Source: a virus (Duplodnaviria > Caudoviricetes). From it: a DNA stretch of 33,146 nt. The notes under the pieces are model-generated. The model was not told the origin of the DNA. It saw nothing but the letters and a program-made list of their open reading frames with translations, and ran no database searches. Positions within the stretch are counted from its first letter, which is position 1, and the number at the start of each line of letters is the position of its first letter. Positions 10,147-18,886 of the stretch are shown in pieces. The translations under genes and the position numbers were made by a program. The stretch lies in the IMG/VR virus record IMGVR_UViG_3300025018_000369, positions 1 through 33,146 of that record; one strand, 5' to 3'.

Positions 10147-11016
10147 TTAACGTTTTATGATATAAAGGACCGCCAACCCAAAGATGCCTATGGTTACGGC
10201 TATTCCTAAGTAGAGGAAGGGCTTGGCCCATCCCGGCATTTCCTTTTTTAATAGGGTAATGGTATCCTGCTGTTCGGTAATTATGGTTTTTTGACGCTCT
10301 ATAGTTTCTTTATAGAGTTTCACGGCCTGCCTAAGCTCGTCGCATTCACAGGTTGCATGTATTTCGTCACCTACCTTTTTCAAGGTCGCAGTAGCGGCAC
10401 CGGATTTAAAACTCACAGGTTTATCTGTAAGTTCGTTTATGGATTTGGTGATCTCCGCCATATCCGCTTCCCTGACCACCATCATGGTATCCACGACCTC
10501 TAAGGTTCTGAAAACGGAATCTTTCTCTTTGGTGGTTATGGTCCTGGTACTGCCAACCTCTTTGGTTCCACCGCAGCCTATCATAAAGACCAGGGCAATG
10601 AATAGCCCCACTTTTTTTAACCAGGTGGCCACTTCAAAAGAAGGGCAGGCCTTGTTTACTCCAGGGAAATCCCTGTGGCCCTTTATTTGGGCATTGGGAT
10701 ACTTCTTTTTTAGATCATGCAGCAACGCTAAGGTCGTGGCTTCTTGTTGTACGGTACGGTTATCCCTAGGTTTTCCCGAGGGGTCCACACCGCCAATGTA
10801 GGAGATGTGTATACTTTCGGAATTATAGCCCTTTACACCGTTGGCCACTTCGTTAATAGGTAGCAATTGCACGGCCTCACCATCAGCTTTTATAATGAAA
10901 TGGTAGCCGGGGTTTCTCCACCCTAGCACCTTTCTCCAGTAATTCTGTATACTGCTTATCGTGGTGTTCTGAGGTGTGGCGGTGCAATGCAACACTATGT
11001 ACTTAACGTTTCTCAT
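10147..11016 (-). CDS. Endolysin (N-acetylmuramoyl-L-alanine amidase, Amidase_2/T7 lysozyme-like) fused to a lipobox-containing, C-terminally anchored spanin-like domain
   Basis: IVLHCTAT, GYHFII, GHRDF...KACPSF zinc amidase motifs; then KKVGLFIALVFMIG-C148 and a C-terminal TM segment FLYLGIAVTIGIFGLAVLYII. Confidence 0.88.
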   Translation of the reverse strand: MRNVKYIVLHCTATPQNTTISSIQNYWRKVLGWRNPGYHFIIKADGEAVQLLPINEVANGVKGYNSESIHISYIGGVDPSGKPRDNRTVQQEATTLALLHDLKKKYPNAQIKGHRDFPGVNKACPSFEVATWLKKVGLFIALVFMIGCGGTKEVGSTRTITTKEKDSVFRTLEVVDTMMVVREADMAEITKSINELTDKPVSFKSGAATATLKKVGDEIHATCECDELRQAVKLYKETIERQKTIITEQQDTITLLKKEMPGWAKPFLYLGIAVTIGIFGLAVLYIIKR

Positions 11017-11308
11017 GTTTCTCTAGTTCGGCAATTCTCTTGGTCTGTCTGGCCACTTGGCGCTTAAGGGTCTGAATCTCCTCTTCCATGGACATTAGCT
11101 TACGGCTATTGTCTATGTGCTTCTTTTGGTACTCGTCCGCCATATCCTTCCAGGATTGGGCGGCCTCCCTCCATTCTTGGGTAATAAGCTTAAGGTTTTC
11201 TATTTCGGACCTATCGTTGGTGTTTTTGGCAGCCTGTTTGCCGCCAAATATCCACCCTGCGAATCCCGTGGCCAATGACGTTCCTAGAACTATCAATGCC
11301 TCGTTCAA
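11003..11308 (-). CDS. Putative holin (N-terminal TM helix + coiled coil)
   Basis: 101 aa, ALIVLGTSLATGFAGWIFGG; overlaps the endolysin start. Confidence 0.6.
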   Translation of the reverse strand: MNEALIVLGTSLATGFAGWIFGGKQAAKNTNDRSEIENLKLITQEWREAAQSWKDMADEYQKKHIDNSRKLMSMEEEIQTLKRQVARQTKRIAELEKHEKR

Positions 11309-11311
11309 AGC

Positions 11312-12433
11312 TTAAACTGTTTTGGCCTGCTTCAACAATGCGATACCTTCGTATCCTGCGCGTCTGGCCCTTCCTCCACTCCTGGCAAGGAAAGAATAGA
11401 CATCCCCGTAGAATGTAGGATCACCCTCATTCTCAAAGGCAACCACGCCACCAAAGGCATATTCTACTGCTTCAGTATACCAGAACAATGCGGCCTCATC
11501 ATCGGTGGCAGAACCTGCGGCTCCTGGTGCCAATACCGTTCCGGCTCCGTTTACTCGGGCTACGGAACTACGGCTAAGGATATTCCAGCCTTGGGCCTTC
11601 ATCATTACGCCCAAACGCCTTTCGGCCTCGGTCACGTTCTGCATGTAAGTGGCAGTGATGACGCTGTCTGCAGGGAATGCCTGTACCAAAAATGTTGGCG
11701 GCAACATGCAATACATTTTTCCTTCTTTCCAAAGGTTCCTAGCCCTGAAAAAGGCCTGCATGGTCTGTAGATCGGTAATGGTCATCGCTTTACGGTTCCC
11801 TGTAGCACTTGGTGCAGAGGCTATGACCTCCAAAGTACCGGTAGTACTAAGTACATTTCCTGCAGGGAAAGAGGAAGCAGCATATGTGCCATGTGCACCG
11901 GAGTACAACCAATTGTAAATGGTCTCCTCGGCAATGGTCTGGACTATCTTGTCCCTGTCCTCGCCCAACACGGATTGCCTTTTATCATAGGACAGTTCCT
12001 TGGTGTCGGCATTGGGGATCAATACAGGATCGGTAGTAAATTCGTCCAATAGGTAGATCACATCTGTATCGGTACGCTTACGTACTGTGGCAGGCAATGA
12101 AGACCTATTTTTGACTACGTTCCCGGAACCTCCGGACTGTGGTATATGGACCACTTTGGAATTAATGAGGTAATCGTCCGCATTATGGGAGAAGCGCAAG
12201 AAGCTGTTGTCCGCAAATATCTCCTCTTCAATATGGTTCTGCCATATCTCTACTTGGATGGCCATTAACGCAAAGGAATTTTCCATAAGGGAAAGGGCCG
12301 TGCCAGTGGCTACTGCCACCCCTGCGGATGCCATGGCCACCTGTGGCGTAATGCCGAAGAATACGGCGGCAATTGCAAACACAACCAAAAAGTTGTATGC
12401 AAGGTTCAGAGGTTTAAATTTTAGAGTTTTCAT
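11312..12433 (-). CDS. Major capsid protein with hydrophobic N-terminal leader
   Basis: Follows protease/scaffold; AIQVEIWQNHIEE...VVHIPQSG...ELSYDKRQSVL capsid motifs. Start taken as ATG 12433 (MKTLKFK, 373 aa) rather than the TTG at 12490. Confidence 0.85.
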   Translation of the reverse strand: MKTLKFKPLNLAYNFLVVFAIAAVFFGITPQVAMASAGVAVATGTALSLMENSFALMAIQVEIWQNHIEEEIFADNSFLRFSHNADDYLINSKVVHIPQSGGSGNVVKNRSSLPATVRKRTDTDVIYLLDEFTTDPVLIPNADTKELSYDKRQSVLGEDRDKIVQTIAEETIYNWLYSGAHGTYAASSFPAGNVLSTTGTLEVIASAPSATGNRKAMTITDLQTMQAFFRARNLWKEGKMYCMLPPTFLVQAFPADSVITATYMQNVTEAERRLGVMMKAQGWNILSRSSVARVNGAGTVLAPGAAGSATDDEAALFWYTEAVEYAFGGVVAFENEGDPTFYGDVYSFLARSGGRARRAGYEGIALLKQAKTV

Positions 12434-12505
12434 GTGTAATGTTCGTTTTTTGATTGATGAATAATGATTTGATGAATTTGTATGGATCAATACTTTCCCA
12501 GGCGA

Positions 12506-13492
12506 TTAACCCTGGTACTCCTTGTTGAATTTCTCCTTGAACTTGGTCTTAAAGGCTTCTAGATTGTTTTCCTTTAGCGTTATCAGCTTATTGGCCTTGT
12601 CCAGCTCGTCATAGGTAAGCTTCAAAAGCGGGTCTGTAGAATCGCCCAAGTCTATGCTGTCCTTTACCTTGGGTGAAGCGGGAATACTGTCCAGGTACTT
12701 TTTGGTACCCTCATAGTCTTTTTCTGCCAATCCTATTATAAATGGAACTTGGTCTGCAGTAATCTTCCTAGCAATGACAGCTTTATCGGCCAAGTCAATA
12801 TTTTTCTGGCCGTCAACCAGTTTAATCTGGTCCGCTAATTTTACCTCTACAGCTTGCTTTTCATCCGTTAAGGTCTGTATAGTGGTCTTTTGGGTCTCCG
12901 CAAGGGTAACCAAATTTTCAATCGCCTTATTGGCGGCTTCCTCTGTGGCACCTTCGGCCAATTGTAATAGGCCCAGCGTTGGGGCGGTTAAAATAATTTT
13001 CATGTCTTCGTTTTTTGGTTTATGTAATTTTTGTGTGAAAATTTCCGCAAGGGTCACCAGTTCATCGGAATCGTTGTAAAGGGCCACAGCCAAACATTCT
13101 TTGTTAGAGCCTATGTCTACAATACTGGCTTCCTTCAATACCGATTTTTCCAACCACTTTTCCTCTGCCAATTGGGCAAACTCATTGGGCTTTAATCCGG
13201 CACTGGCCATCTTAAGGGTGCCGTTCTCCACCTTATTGTAGATTTTCATAGCAAAGTCGTCGGTATCGTCAAATACTGGTACCCCGGTAATTTTACCGTC
13301 CTTAAGCTCTACGTCCTCCCAATAGCCCAAGGGCAATAACTCGTCCTTTTCCCCTTTGGGGCGTTTGTGCATCCATAACAATAGAGGGTTGGCCAAAAAC
13401 TCTGAAAGCTCAATGCCCATAGTGCGCACATGAAAGCCGTTTGCGTTTTTTGCCTCGGATGAAATAGTTAATCTTTTAGTACTTTTTTTCAT
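12506..13492 (-). CDS. Prohead maturation protease with C-terminal scaffold domain
   Basis: NPLLLWMH, G-TLKMASAG, LKEASIVDIGSN herpes/HK97-type protease motifs followed by a helical scaffold. Confidence 0.88.
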   Translation of the reverse strand: MKKSTKRLTISSEAKNANGFHVRTMGIELSEFLANPLLLWMHKRPKGEKDELLPLGYWEDVELKDGKITGVPVFDDTDDFAMKIYNKVENGTLKMASAGLKPNEFAQLAEEKWLEKSVLKEASIVDIGSNKECLAVALYNDSDELVTLAEIFTQKLHKPKNEDMKIILTAPTLGLLQLAEGATEEAANKAIENLVTLAETQKTTIQTLTDEKQAVEVKLADQIKLVDGQKNIDLADKAVIARKITADQVPFIIGLAEKDYEGTKKYLDSIPASPKVKDSIDLGDSTDPLLKLTYDELDKANKLITLKENNLEAFKTKFKEKFNKEYQG

Positions 13493-13566
13493 GACTGTAA
13501 CTGATCTGCAATTCGCTTGTGGTCAACAAAGTAAAAGCGGTGAAAAGGCTAAAAAAAACGGGCAGT

Positions 13567-13621
13567 TTCTAAGTATGTTCCCTAGTGCATACTTAGCATA
13601 TACCCTGGTCTATACTTAGAA
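13567..13621. promoter_or_regulatory. Repeat/palindrome array in the divergent late promoter region, probable activator-binding site
   Basis: CTAAGTATG(13569)-N10-CATACTTAG(13596) perfect inverted repeat; ATACTTAG recurs 23 bp later; outer IR TTCTAAGTAT/ATACTTAGAA. Confidence 0.6.
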
Positions 13622-13665
13622 TTGTACAGATTGCCAAGGCTCCTTATATGGTGCAATTTTGCTGC

Positions 13666-14115
13666 ATGGCAAAGCAAACTATCCAACAGAAAAAAGATTA
13701 CGCTAAGCTCCTATATACAGTGGAGGGCGTAACCGTGCAAAAGGAACTGGCCGAGAGGGTCGGGGTGTCCAAGCAATCTATTAATAGGTGGGTAAACGAG
13801 GAGAACTGGGAAAGCCTTAGGGCCTCCGTGATCATTACCAAAGAGCAGGAGCTGAAAAGGCTGTACATGCAGTTGGTAGAGTTGAACGATGCCATTATGG
13901 AACGCGAAAAGGGATTCCGCTTTGCCAATTCCAAAGAGGCGGACGTATTGGTAAAATTAACCGCCGCAGTAAAACAGCTAGAGACGGACACCTCCGTTGC
14001 GGATACCATAGAGGTGCTGAAGAACTTCATTAACCACGTGCGCCAGGAAGACTATGTTAAGGCCAAGGAGATCACCGCATTGGCGGACATCTTTATTAAA
14101 ACCATTGTTAAGTAA
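13666..14115 (+). CDS. Terminase small subunit (DUF1804-like HTH)
   Basis: HTH VQKELAERVGVSKQSINRWV...W; immediately upstream of TerL; start taken at MAKQT. Confidence 0.8.
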   Translation: MAKQTIQQKKDYAKLLYTVEGVTVQKELAERVGVSKQSINRWVNEENWESLRASVIITKEQELKRLYMQLVELNDAIMEREKGFRFANSKEADVLVKLTAAVKQLETDTSVADTIEVLKNFINHVRQEDYVKAKEITALADIFIKTIVK

Positions 14116-15620
14116 TGCGGAGTCCTGCAGATAAAAGAGCGGAAATAGATTGGGACGAGTTTGTGCAGAACATGAACCGGGACGCTCCTGTAGAGCAGAA
14201 CGAAACGCCCCAACAAAAACGCAAGCGTATTGCGGATCTGGAGGCGAATCATGAAGCCTGGTTTAAATACTATTTTAGCAACTACTACAGCTCGGAGCCT
14301 GCCAAGTTCCATCTAAAGAGTACCAAGCGCATCATGAACAATCCTGAGTGGTACGAGGTCAGGGCGTGGAGCCGTGAGCTCTCCAAGTCCGGGCGTACCA
14401 TGATGGAGGTCCTAAAACTTACTTTGACCGGCAAGAAAAAGAACGTAGTACTTACCAGTGCCAGTAAGGACAATGCGGAAAGGCTGTTAAGGCCGTACAA
14501 GACCATTCTGGAAAAGAACAACCGTATAATCAATGACTACGGGGAGCAGATGAAGCATGGTTCCTGGACAGATTCCGAATTTATCACCCGTAAAGGGGTG
14601 GCATTCCGTGCCATTGGTGCCGGACAATCCCCAAGGGGTACCAGGAACGACGAAGTTAGGCCGGATGTATTGCTTATAGATGATTTTGATACGGATGAGG
14701 ATTGTCGAAATCCGGATACCGTGGACAAAAAATGGGACTGGCTGGAAAAGGCCTTCTACGCCACCCGTTCCATATCCAATCCTTTGTTGGTCATTTTCTG
14801 CGGAAACATTATAGCGGAGTACTGCTGTATTAAAATGGCCATGGAATTGGCGGACAAGGCGGAGATCATCAATATCCGTGATGCGGAGGGCAATAGTACT
14901 TGGCCAGAAAAGAACACGGAGGAGATGATAGACCGTGTGCTGTCAAAAATAAGTTACAACGCCTCCCAGGGAGAATACTTTAACAATCCCATTACCAAAG
15001 GGAAGGTGTTCGATAAGCTGCATTATAAAAAACTTAGGGCCCTTAGGGAGTATTCTTTCCTAGTGGCCTATACCGACCCCTCTTATAAGAGTGGTAAAAA
15101 GAACGATTACAAGGCCACGGCCCTTATTGGAAAATGGCGGGACGAGTACCATGTAATAAAGGTCTATTGCGCCCAGACCACAACGGCAAACATGTTGGAT
15201 TGGCAGTACGATATCATTAAAATGGTCGGGGGCAAAACTCCTGTATTTTTCTTGATAGAATGGCCATCCATAGACGATACCCTAAAAACGGAGATTGCCA
15301 AGGCCAACATTCGCCACGACCTTACCCTTCCCCTTAAAGCGGATGAAAGGGATAAACCGGACAAGTTCTTTAGGATAGAAAGTTTGTTGGAACCCTTGAA
15401 CCGTAACGAGAAACTTTGGTTTAATGAAGACCTTAAGACCAGTGAACATATGAAGAATATGGAAGCCCAGTTCCTGGCATTGTCGCCCACCAGTCGTGCG
15501 CATGACGATGGTCCCGATGCCGTAGAGGGGGGAGTGTTCTTTATCAACTCCAAGACCATAGCCAATATGGACAAAATGGAAGTGCAGAAATACAAGGCCG
15601 CCAACACTAAAAAATGGTAA
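14115..15620 (+). CDS. terL: Terminase large subunit
   Basis: WSRELSKS Walker A variant, RPDVLLIDD Walker B, YTDPS and HDDGPDAVEG nuclease motifs. Confidence 0.95.
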   Translation: MRSPADKRAEIDWDEFVQNMNRDAPVEQNETPQQKRKRIADLEANHEAWFKYYFSNYYSSEPAKFHLKSTKRIMNNPEWYEVRAWSRELSKSGRTMMEVLKLTLTGKKKNVVLTSASKDNAERLLRPYKTILEKNNRIINDYGEQMKHGSWTDSEFITRKGVAFRAIGAGQSPRGTRNDEVRPDVLLIDDFDTDEDCRNPDTVDKKWDWLEKAFYATRSISNPLLVIFCGNIIAEYCCIKMAMELADKAEIINIRDAEGNSTWPEKNTEEMIDRVLSKISYNASQGEYFNNPITKGKVFDKLHYKKLRALREYSFLVAYTDPSYKSGKKNDYKATALIGKWRDEYHVIKVYCAQTTTANMLDWQYDIIKMVGGKTPVFFLIEWPSIDDTLKTEIAKANIRHDLTLPLKADERDKPDKFFRIESLLEPLNRNEKLWFNEDLKTSEHMKNMEAQFLALSPTSRAHDDGPDAVEGGVFFINSKTIANMDKMEVQKYKAANTKKW

Positions 15621-15621
15621 T

Positions 15622-16038
15622 ATGCTACTAGAAAATGATTTTAACACCCACCTGTACCCGGAGCTTATTGATGCTATAAGCCGGGAAGACGATACTCTTT
15701 TGGACGATGCCATTACCGCTGCGGAGCAGGAAGCCAAGGGTTACCTTTCCCGTTACGATCTGGACACCCTTTTTGCCGCTACCGGTACCGATAGGGATGC
15801 CGCACTAATGATGCGTTTAAAGGATATGGCCGTCTGGCATTATATAGTCCTTGCCAACGCCGGTACCGATTTGGAACTGCGAAAGACCAGGTATGACGAA
15901 GCCATTAAATGGCTTATCCTTATACAAAGTGGTAAGGTATGGTACAAGGATTGGCCGTTGCCCCCATCCTACAACTCGGAAGGGCAGGGCGATTTGTTCC
16001 AGGTCACCAGTCAGCCCAAAAGGGACACCCGATACTAA
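15622..16038 (+). CDS. Mu gp36-like (DUF1320) head-tail adaptor
   Basis: AEQEAKGYLSRYD...RYDEAIKWLILIQSGK signature. Confidence 0.85.
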   Translation: MLLENDFNTHLYPELIDAISREDDTLLDDAITAAEQEAKGYLSRYDLDTLFAATGTDRDAALMMRLKDMAVWHYIVLANAGTDLELRKTRYDEAIKWLILIQSGKVWYKDWPLPPSYNSEGQGDLFQVTSQPKRDTRY

Positions 16039-16083
16039 TAATCAATTGTGGCGATATCGCCCTAATTAAAACCCATTTAAACA

Positions 16084-18768
16084 ATGGAAAAGAACAAAAA
16101 AGTAAAGCAGCCCGCCAATGCCCCGGACCCTATCATCATCCAAAATATAGAGGTGAGGCCTTGGACGCGTACCCAACAGGATATCCCCAACTGGAGACGC
16201 GCCATACAGAGCGCGGAAAGCCAGATACCTAGAAGGGTCCTATTATACAATCTTTATGCAGATGTAGATTTGGACGGGCATGTAGAGGCCGTTACAGGAA
16301 AAAGACGGGACCACGTTAAGGCCGCCAACTGGCAGTTTGTGGATAAAGAGGGCAAGCCTATAGATGCCATTAACGATTTGATAGACTCCATAGGGTTCGA
16401 TGACCTTTTGGAAGAAATAATAAATGCCCGTTTTTGGGGATACTCCATCTTGGAACCCACCTTTTGGAAAGGCGAGGACGGCAAATGGCAGATGGAGGCC
16501 GGTCTTTTGCCAAGGCTAAATTATAGGCCGGAGAAAGGTATTGTATCCAAACAGATTTATGGGGATGACGGTATCAACATACGTGAAGGTATTTATGCCA
16601 AGACCATTATGGAGGTGGGCAAGGTAACCGACCTTGGCCTGTACATGAAAGCGGCGCCTTATCAAATTTTAAAGCGTGGTGGGCTGGGAGACTATGCCGC
16701 ATTTATCCAGACCTTTGGCAATCCTATCATAGATGCCACTTGGGACGGAGTGGACGAGGCCCAAAGAGTGGCACTCTCCAAATCTTTGGAAGCCCTGGGC
16801 GCTGGCGGTGCCCTGGTAAGGCCGTCCGGTACCACTGTAGAGATTATAGAGAACAATGTAAACACTACCGGGGATGCGCATGGTAGCTTCTTTAAACTGA
16901 TGAACGCCGAGATATCCAAGGCCCTTTTGGGTACCACGGAGACCACGGAGAGCTCTACCAGTTCCGGTTATGCCCAAAGTGAGACCCATCAGGATGAGGA
17001 CGATATTAAGCATGATAATGATATATCCTACTGCCGTAAAAATCTAAATTCACGGTTCATACGTCTTATGCAGGCGGCGGGGATAGATACGCAGGGAGGT
17101 TGGTTCATAATCCAGGGCGAAGAAACCGAACTTACCAAAGCAGAAAGCTTTACCATCCACAAAGGTTTGTCCAATGATATAGGATTGCCAATTGAGGACG
17201 ATTTCTGGTATGAGACTTACGGCGTACCTAAGCCTGATAATTATGACCAGATGAAGGCCGAAAAATTGGCAAAGAAGGAAATGGAAACCGACCCCGCCAA
17301 AACTAAGGGCAAAAAACCAACTGTCAAAAAAAATAAGACAGATGATGATGAGGATATAGAATTGGCAGAAGGAGACGAACTAGAGATAGCTAGAACCCTA
17401 GACCAAAAGGTAAGCGCATTTATAAAGAAGCTGGCCTCTTTTTTCGTAAAGGCCCCGGCGGAGACGACCGGGGCTATGAAGAGCTGTGGTCATCACCACA
17501 CGATTAACCTTGCCGAAACGGATCAGCTGGATAACGATGCGCTAATACATCGTATCTGGAAGTCCAACGGCAAAGCCACTTGGGATACCGAACTGTTTTG
17601 GAATACCTCCGAGGTGCTAATAAAGGGCTTTAAACAGGGTTGGAACAAAGTTGGTATAGTAAATCTGGCCGAAGGACCAGGATTTATATATGGGGCAGAC
17701 GACCCTATTTTGTTGACCGCCTATGAAGCAAACCTATTTAGGTTCTCCGGTAGCAAGACACTGGCACAGGTACAATTGTTTAACCAATTGTTCAGGGAGT
17801 CCAGTAGCTTTAACGAGTTCTACCAAAAAGCAATGGTCAAAGCGGAAATATTCAATAAAAAATGGTTGGAAACGGAATATACATCTGCGGTACTTACCGG
17901 AACTGCGGCAGTAAGCTACTATAGGCTTAAAAAGCAGGCCAAATTTCTGCCCTATTGGAAATACAACACCGTAGGGGACGACAGGGTAAGACCGGAACAT
18001 GCCATTCTGGACGGATTGATCTTGCACCATACGGACAGTAGATGGAATAAAATATTCCCGCCCAACGGTTGGCGTTGCAGGTGCGATGTAACCGCACTGA
18101 GCGAAGCATCCGTTACCGCATCACAATTAAAGCAATCCAAAAAGATAGCGGACGCCTATTTGGGAAGTCCGCAATTTTCCAAGGAAGAAGCACAAGGGTG
18201 GGGCGTTAACCGGGCCTTGTTGAAAAAGGTGTTCTTGGCCAATCAGAACTATGCCAACAAGTTCCCTGGAAAGGCAAAGAAGTTGCTAAACAATTTAAAA
18301 CCACAGGATTATGGCCTACTATCCTATAGTCAGGCCAAAAAGAGCGGCACAAAGGAACTGCCCATTTTTCAGGGCAGTAAGGACGTTTATTTTGATGCTT
18401 TGGAGAAAAGGGAGGGCAAGAGCATACTGCCAGACTACCACAATAGGCCCATTGTAGTGGTCAGGAAAGATTTTTACGACCATGTTACGGACAATGTAAA
18501 GTCTAGACAATATAGATTGGAGTATCTGGAGGCCCTCAAGGAAACCCTTTTGGATCCGGACGAGGTTTGGAACAACCAGAAAAAGGGCCTTGTAAAGGAG
18601 AACGAGTTCCTAAATTTCAACTATATCAAATATTACAAGGATTTTACCATTGTAGTAAACTTGGAAACCGTCAAGGGAGAGCTTGTACTAAAGACTTGGT
18701 ATCCCATGACCGAAAAGGCTTCCGTTATAAACGATAAAAGAAGGGGGCTGCTCGTACTAAAAAAATAA
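16084..18768 (+). CDS. Portal protein (DUF935/Mu gp29) fused to MuF (Mu gp30/SPP1 gp7) minor head domain and C-terminal PBECR2-like nuclease
   Basis: Portal motifs (DLDGHV, ARFWGYS, FIQTFGNP, NAEISKALLG); MuF motif YNTVGDDRVRPEH...PPNGWRCRC; C-terminal LKETLLDPDEVW...YIKYY...KTWY...RRGLL. Confidence 0.88.
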   Translation: MEKNKKVKQPANAPDPIIIQNIEVRPWTRTQQDIPNWRRAIQSAESQIPRRVLLYNLYADVDLDGHVEAVTGKRRDHVKAANWQFVDKEGKPIDAINDLIDSIGFDDLLEEIINARFWGYSILEPTFWKGEDGKWQMEAGLLPRLNYRPEKGIVSKQIYGDDGINIREGIYAKTIMEVGKVTDLGLYMKAAPYQILKRGGLGDYAAFIQTFGNPIIDATWDGVDEAQRVALSKSLEALGAGGALVRPSGTTVEIIENNVNTTGDAHGSFFKLMNAEISKALLGTTETTESSTSSGYAQSETHQDEDDIKHDNDISYCRKNLNSRFIRLMQAAGIDTQGGWFIIQGEETELTKAESFTIHKGLSNDIGLPIEDDFWYETYGVPKPDNYDQMKAEKLAKKEMETDPAKTKGKKPTVKKNKTDDDEDIELAEGDELEIARTLDQKVSAFIKKLASFFVKAPAETTGAMKSCGHHHTINLAETDQLDNDALIHRIWKSNGKATWDTELFWNTSEVLIKGFKQGWNKVGIVNLAEGPGFIYGADDPILLTAYEANLFRFSGSKTLAQVQLFNQLFRESSSFNEFYQKAMVKAEIFNKKWLETEYTSAVLTGTAAVSYYRLKKQAKFLPYWKYNTVGDDRVRPEHAILDGLILHHTDSRWNKIFPPNGWRCRCDVTALSEASVTASQLKQSKKIADAYLGSPQFSKEEAQGWGVNRALLKKVFLANQNYANKFPGKAKKLLNNLKPQDYGLLSYSQAKKSGTKELPIFQGSKDVYFDALEKREGKSILPDYHNRPIVVVRKDFYDHVTDNVKSRQYRLEYLEALKETLLDPDEVWNNQKKGLVKENEFLNFNYIKYYKDFTIVVNLETVKGELVLKTWYPMTEKASVINDKRRGLLVLKK
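17439..17475 (+). promoter_or_regulatory. Candidate -1 ribosomal frameshift signal (T TTT TTC + GC-rich stem-loop)
   Basis: In-frame slippery heptamer 17439-17445, 6-nt spacer, stem GCCCCGG/CCGGGGC capped by CG-GAGA-CG; -1 frame stops at TAA 17505-17507. Confidence 0.55.
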
Positions 18769-18791
18769 CCCCTGGCATAAATACCGGGGGT
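18760..18791 (-). terminator. Intrinsic terminator oriented antisense to the head operon
   Basis: Minus strand ACCCCCGG-TATTTATG-CCAGGGGT (one mismatch) followed by TATTTTTTT. Confidence 0.55.
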
Positions 18792-18886
18792 CGTTTGCAG
18801 GTTGATCATCAATAATGCTGTCATTGCAGCCAGTTCCGTCCTCTGCACCTGCTAGAGCAACCTTCTTTCCCATTATTGATAACTTA
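18760..18886 (-). ncRNA. Candidate ~125-nt structured antisense RNA behind the PBECR2 nuclease domain
   Basis: TACCTTTG -7 box at 18898-18891 (no clear -33 box), 10-bp perfect closing stem ATCAATAATG/CATTATTGAT, inner hairpins, terminator at the 3' end. Confidence 0.5.

Noticed and set aside
2917-10801. Longer antisense ORFs (e.g. 3580-3936, 4635-5291, 6846-7415, 9473-10135)
   Set aside because: They mirror well-supported minus-strand structural genes and their repeats, with Ser/Phe/Leu-rich shadow composition.
16558-16569. YGDD in the 894-aa ORF as an RT YxDD motif
   Set aside because: It lies within a clear DUF935 portal domain with no other RT motifs.
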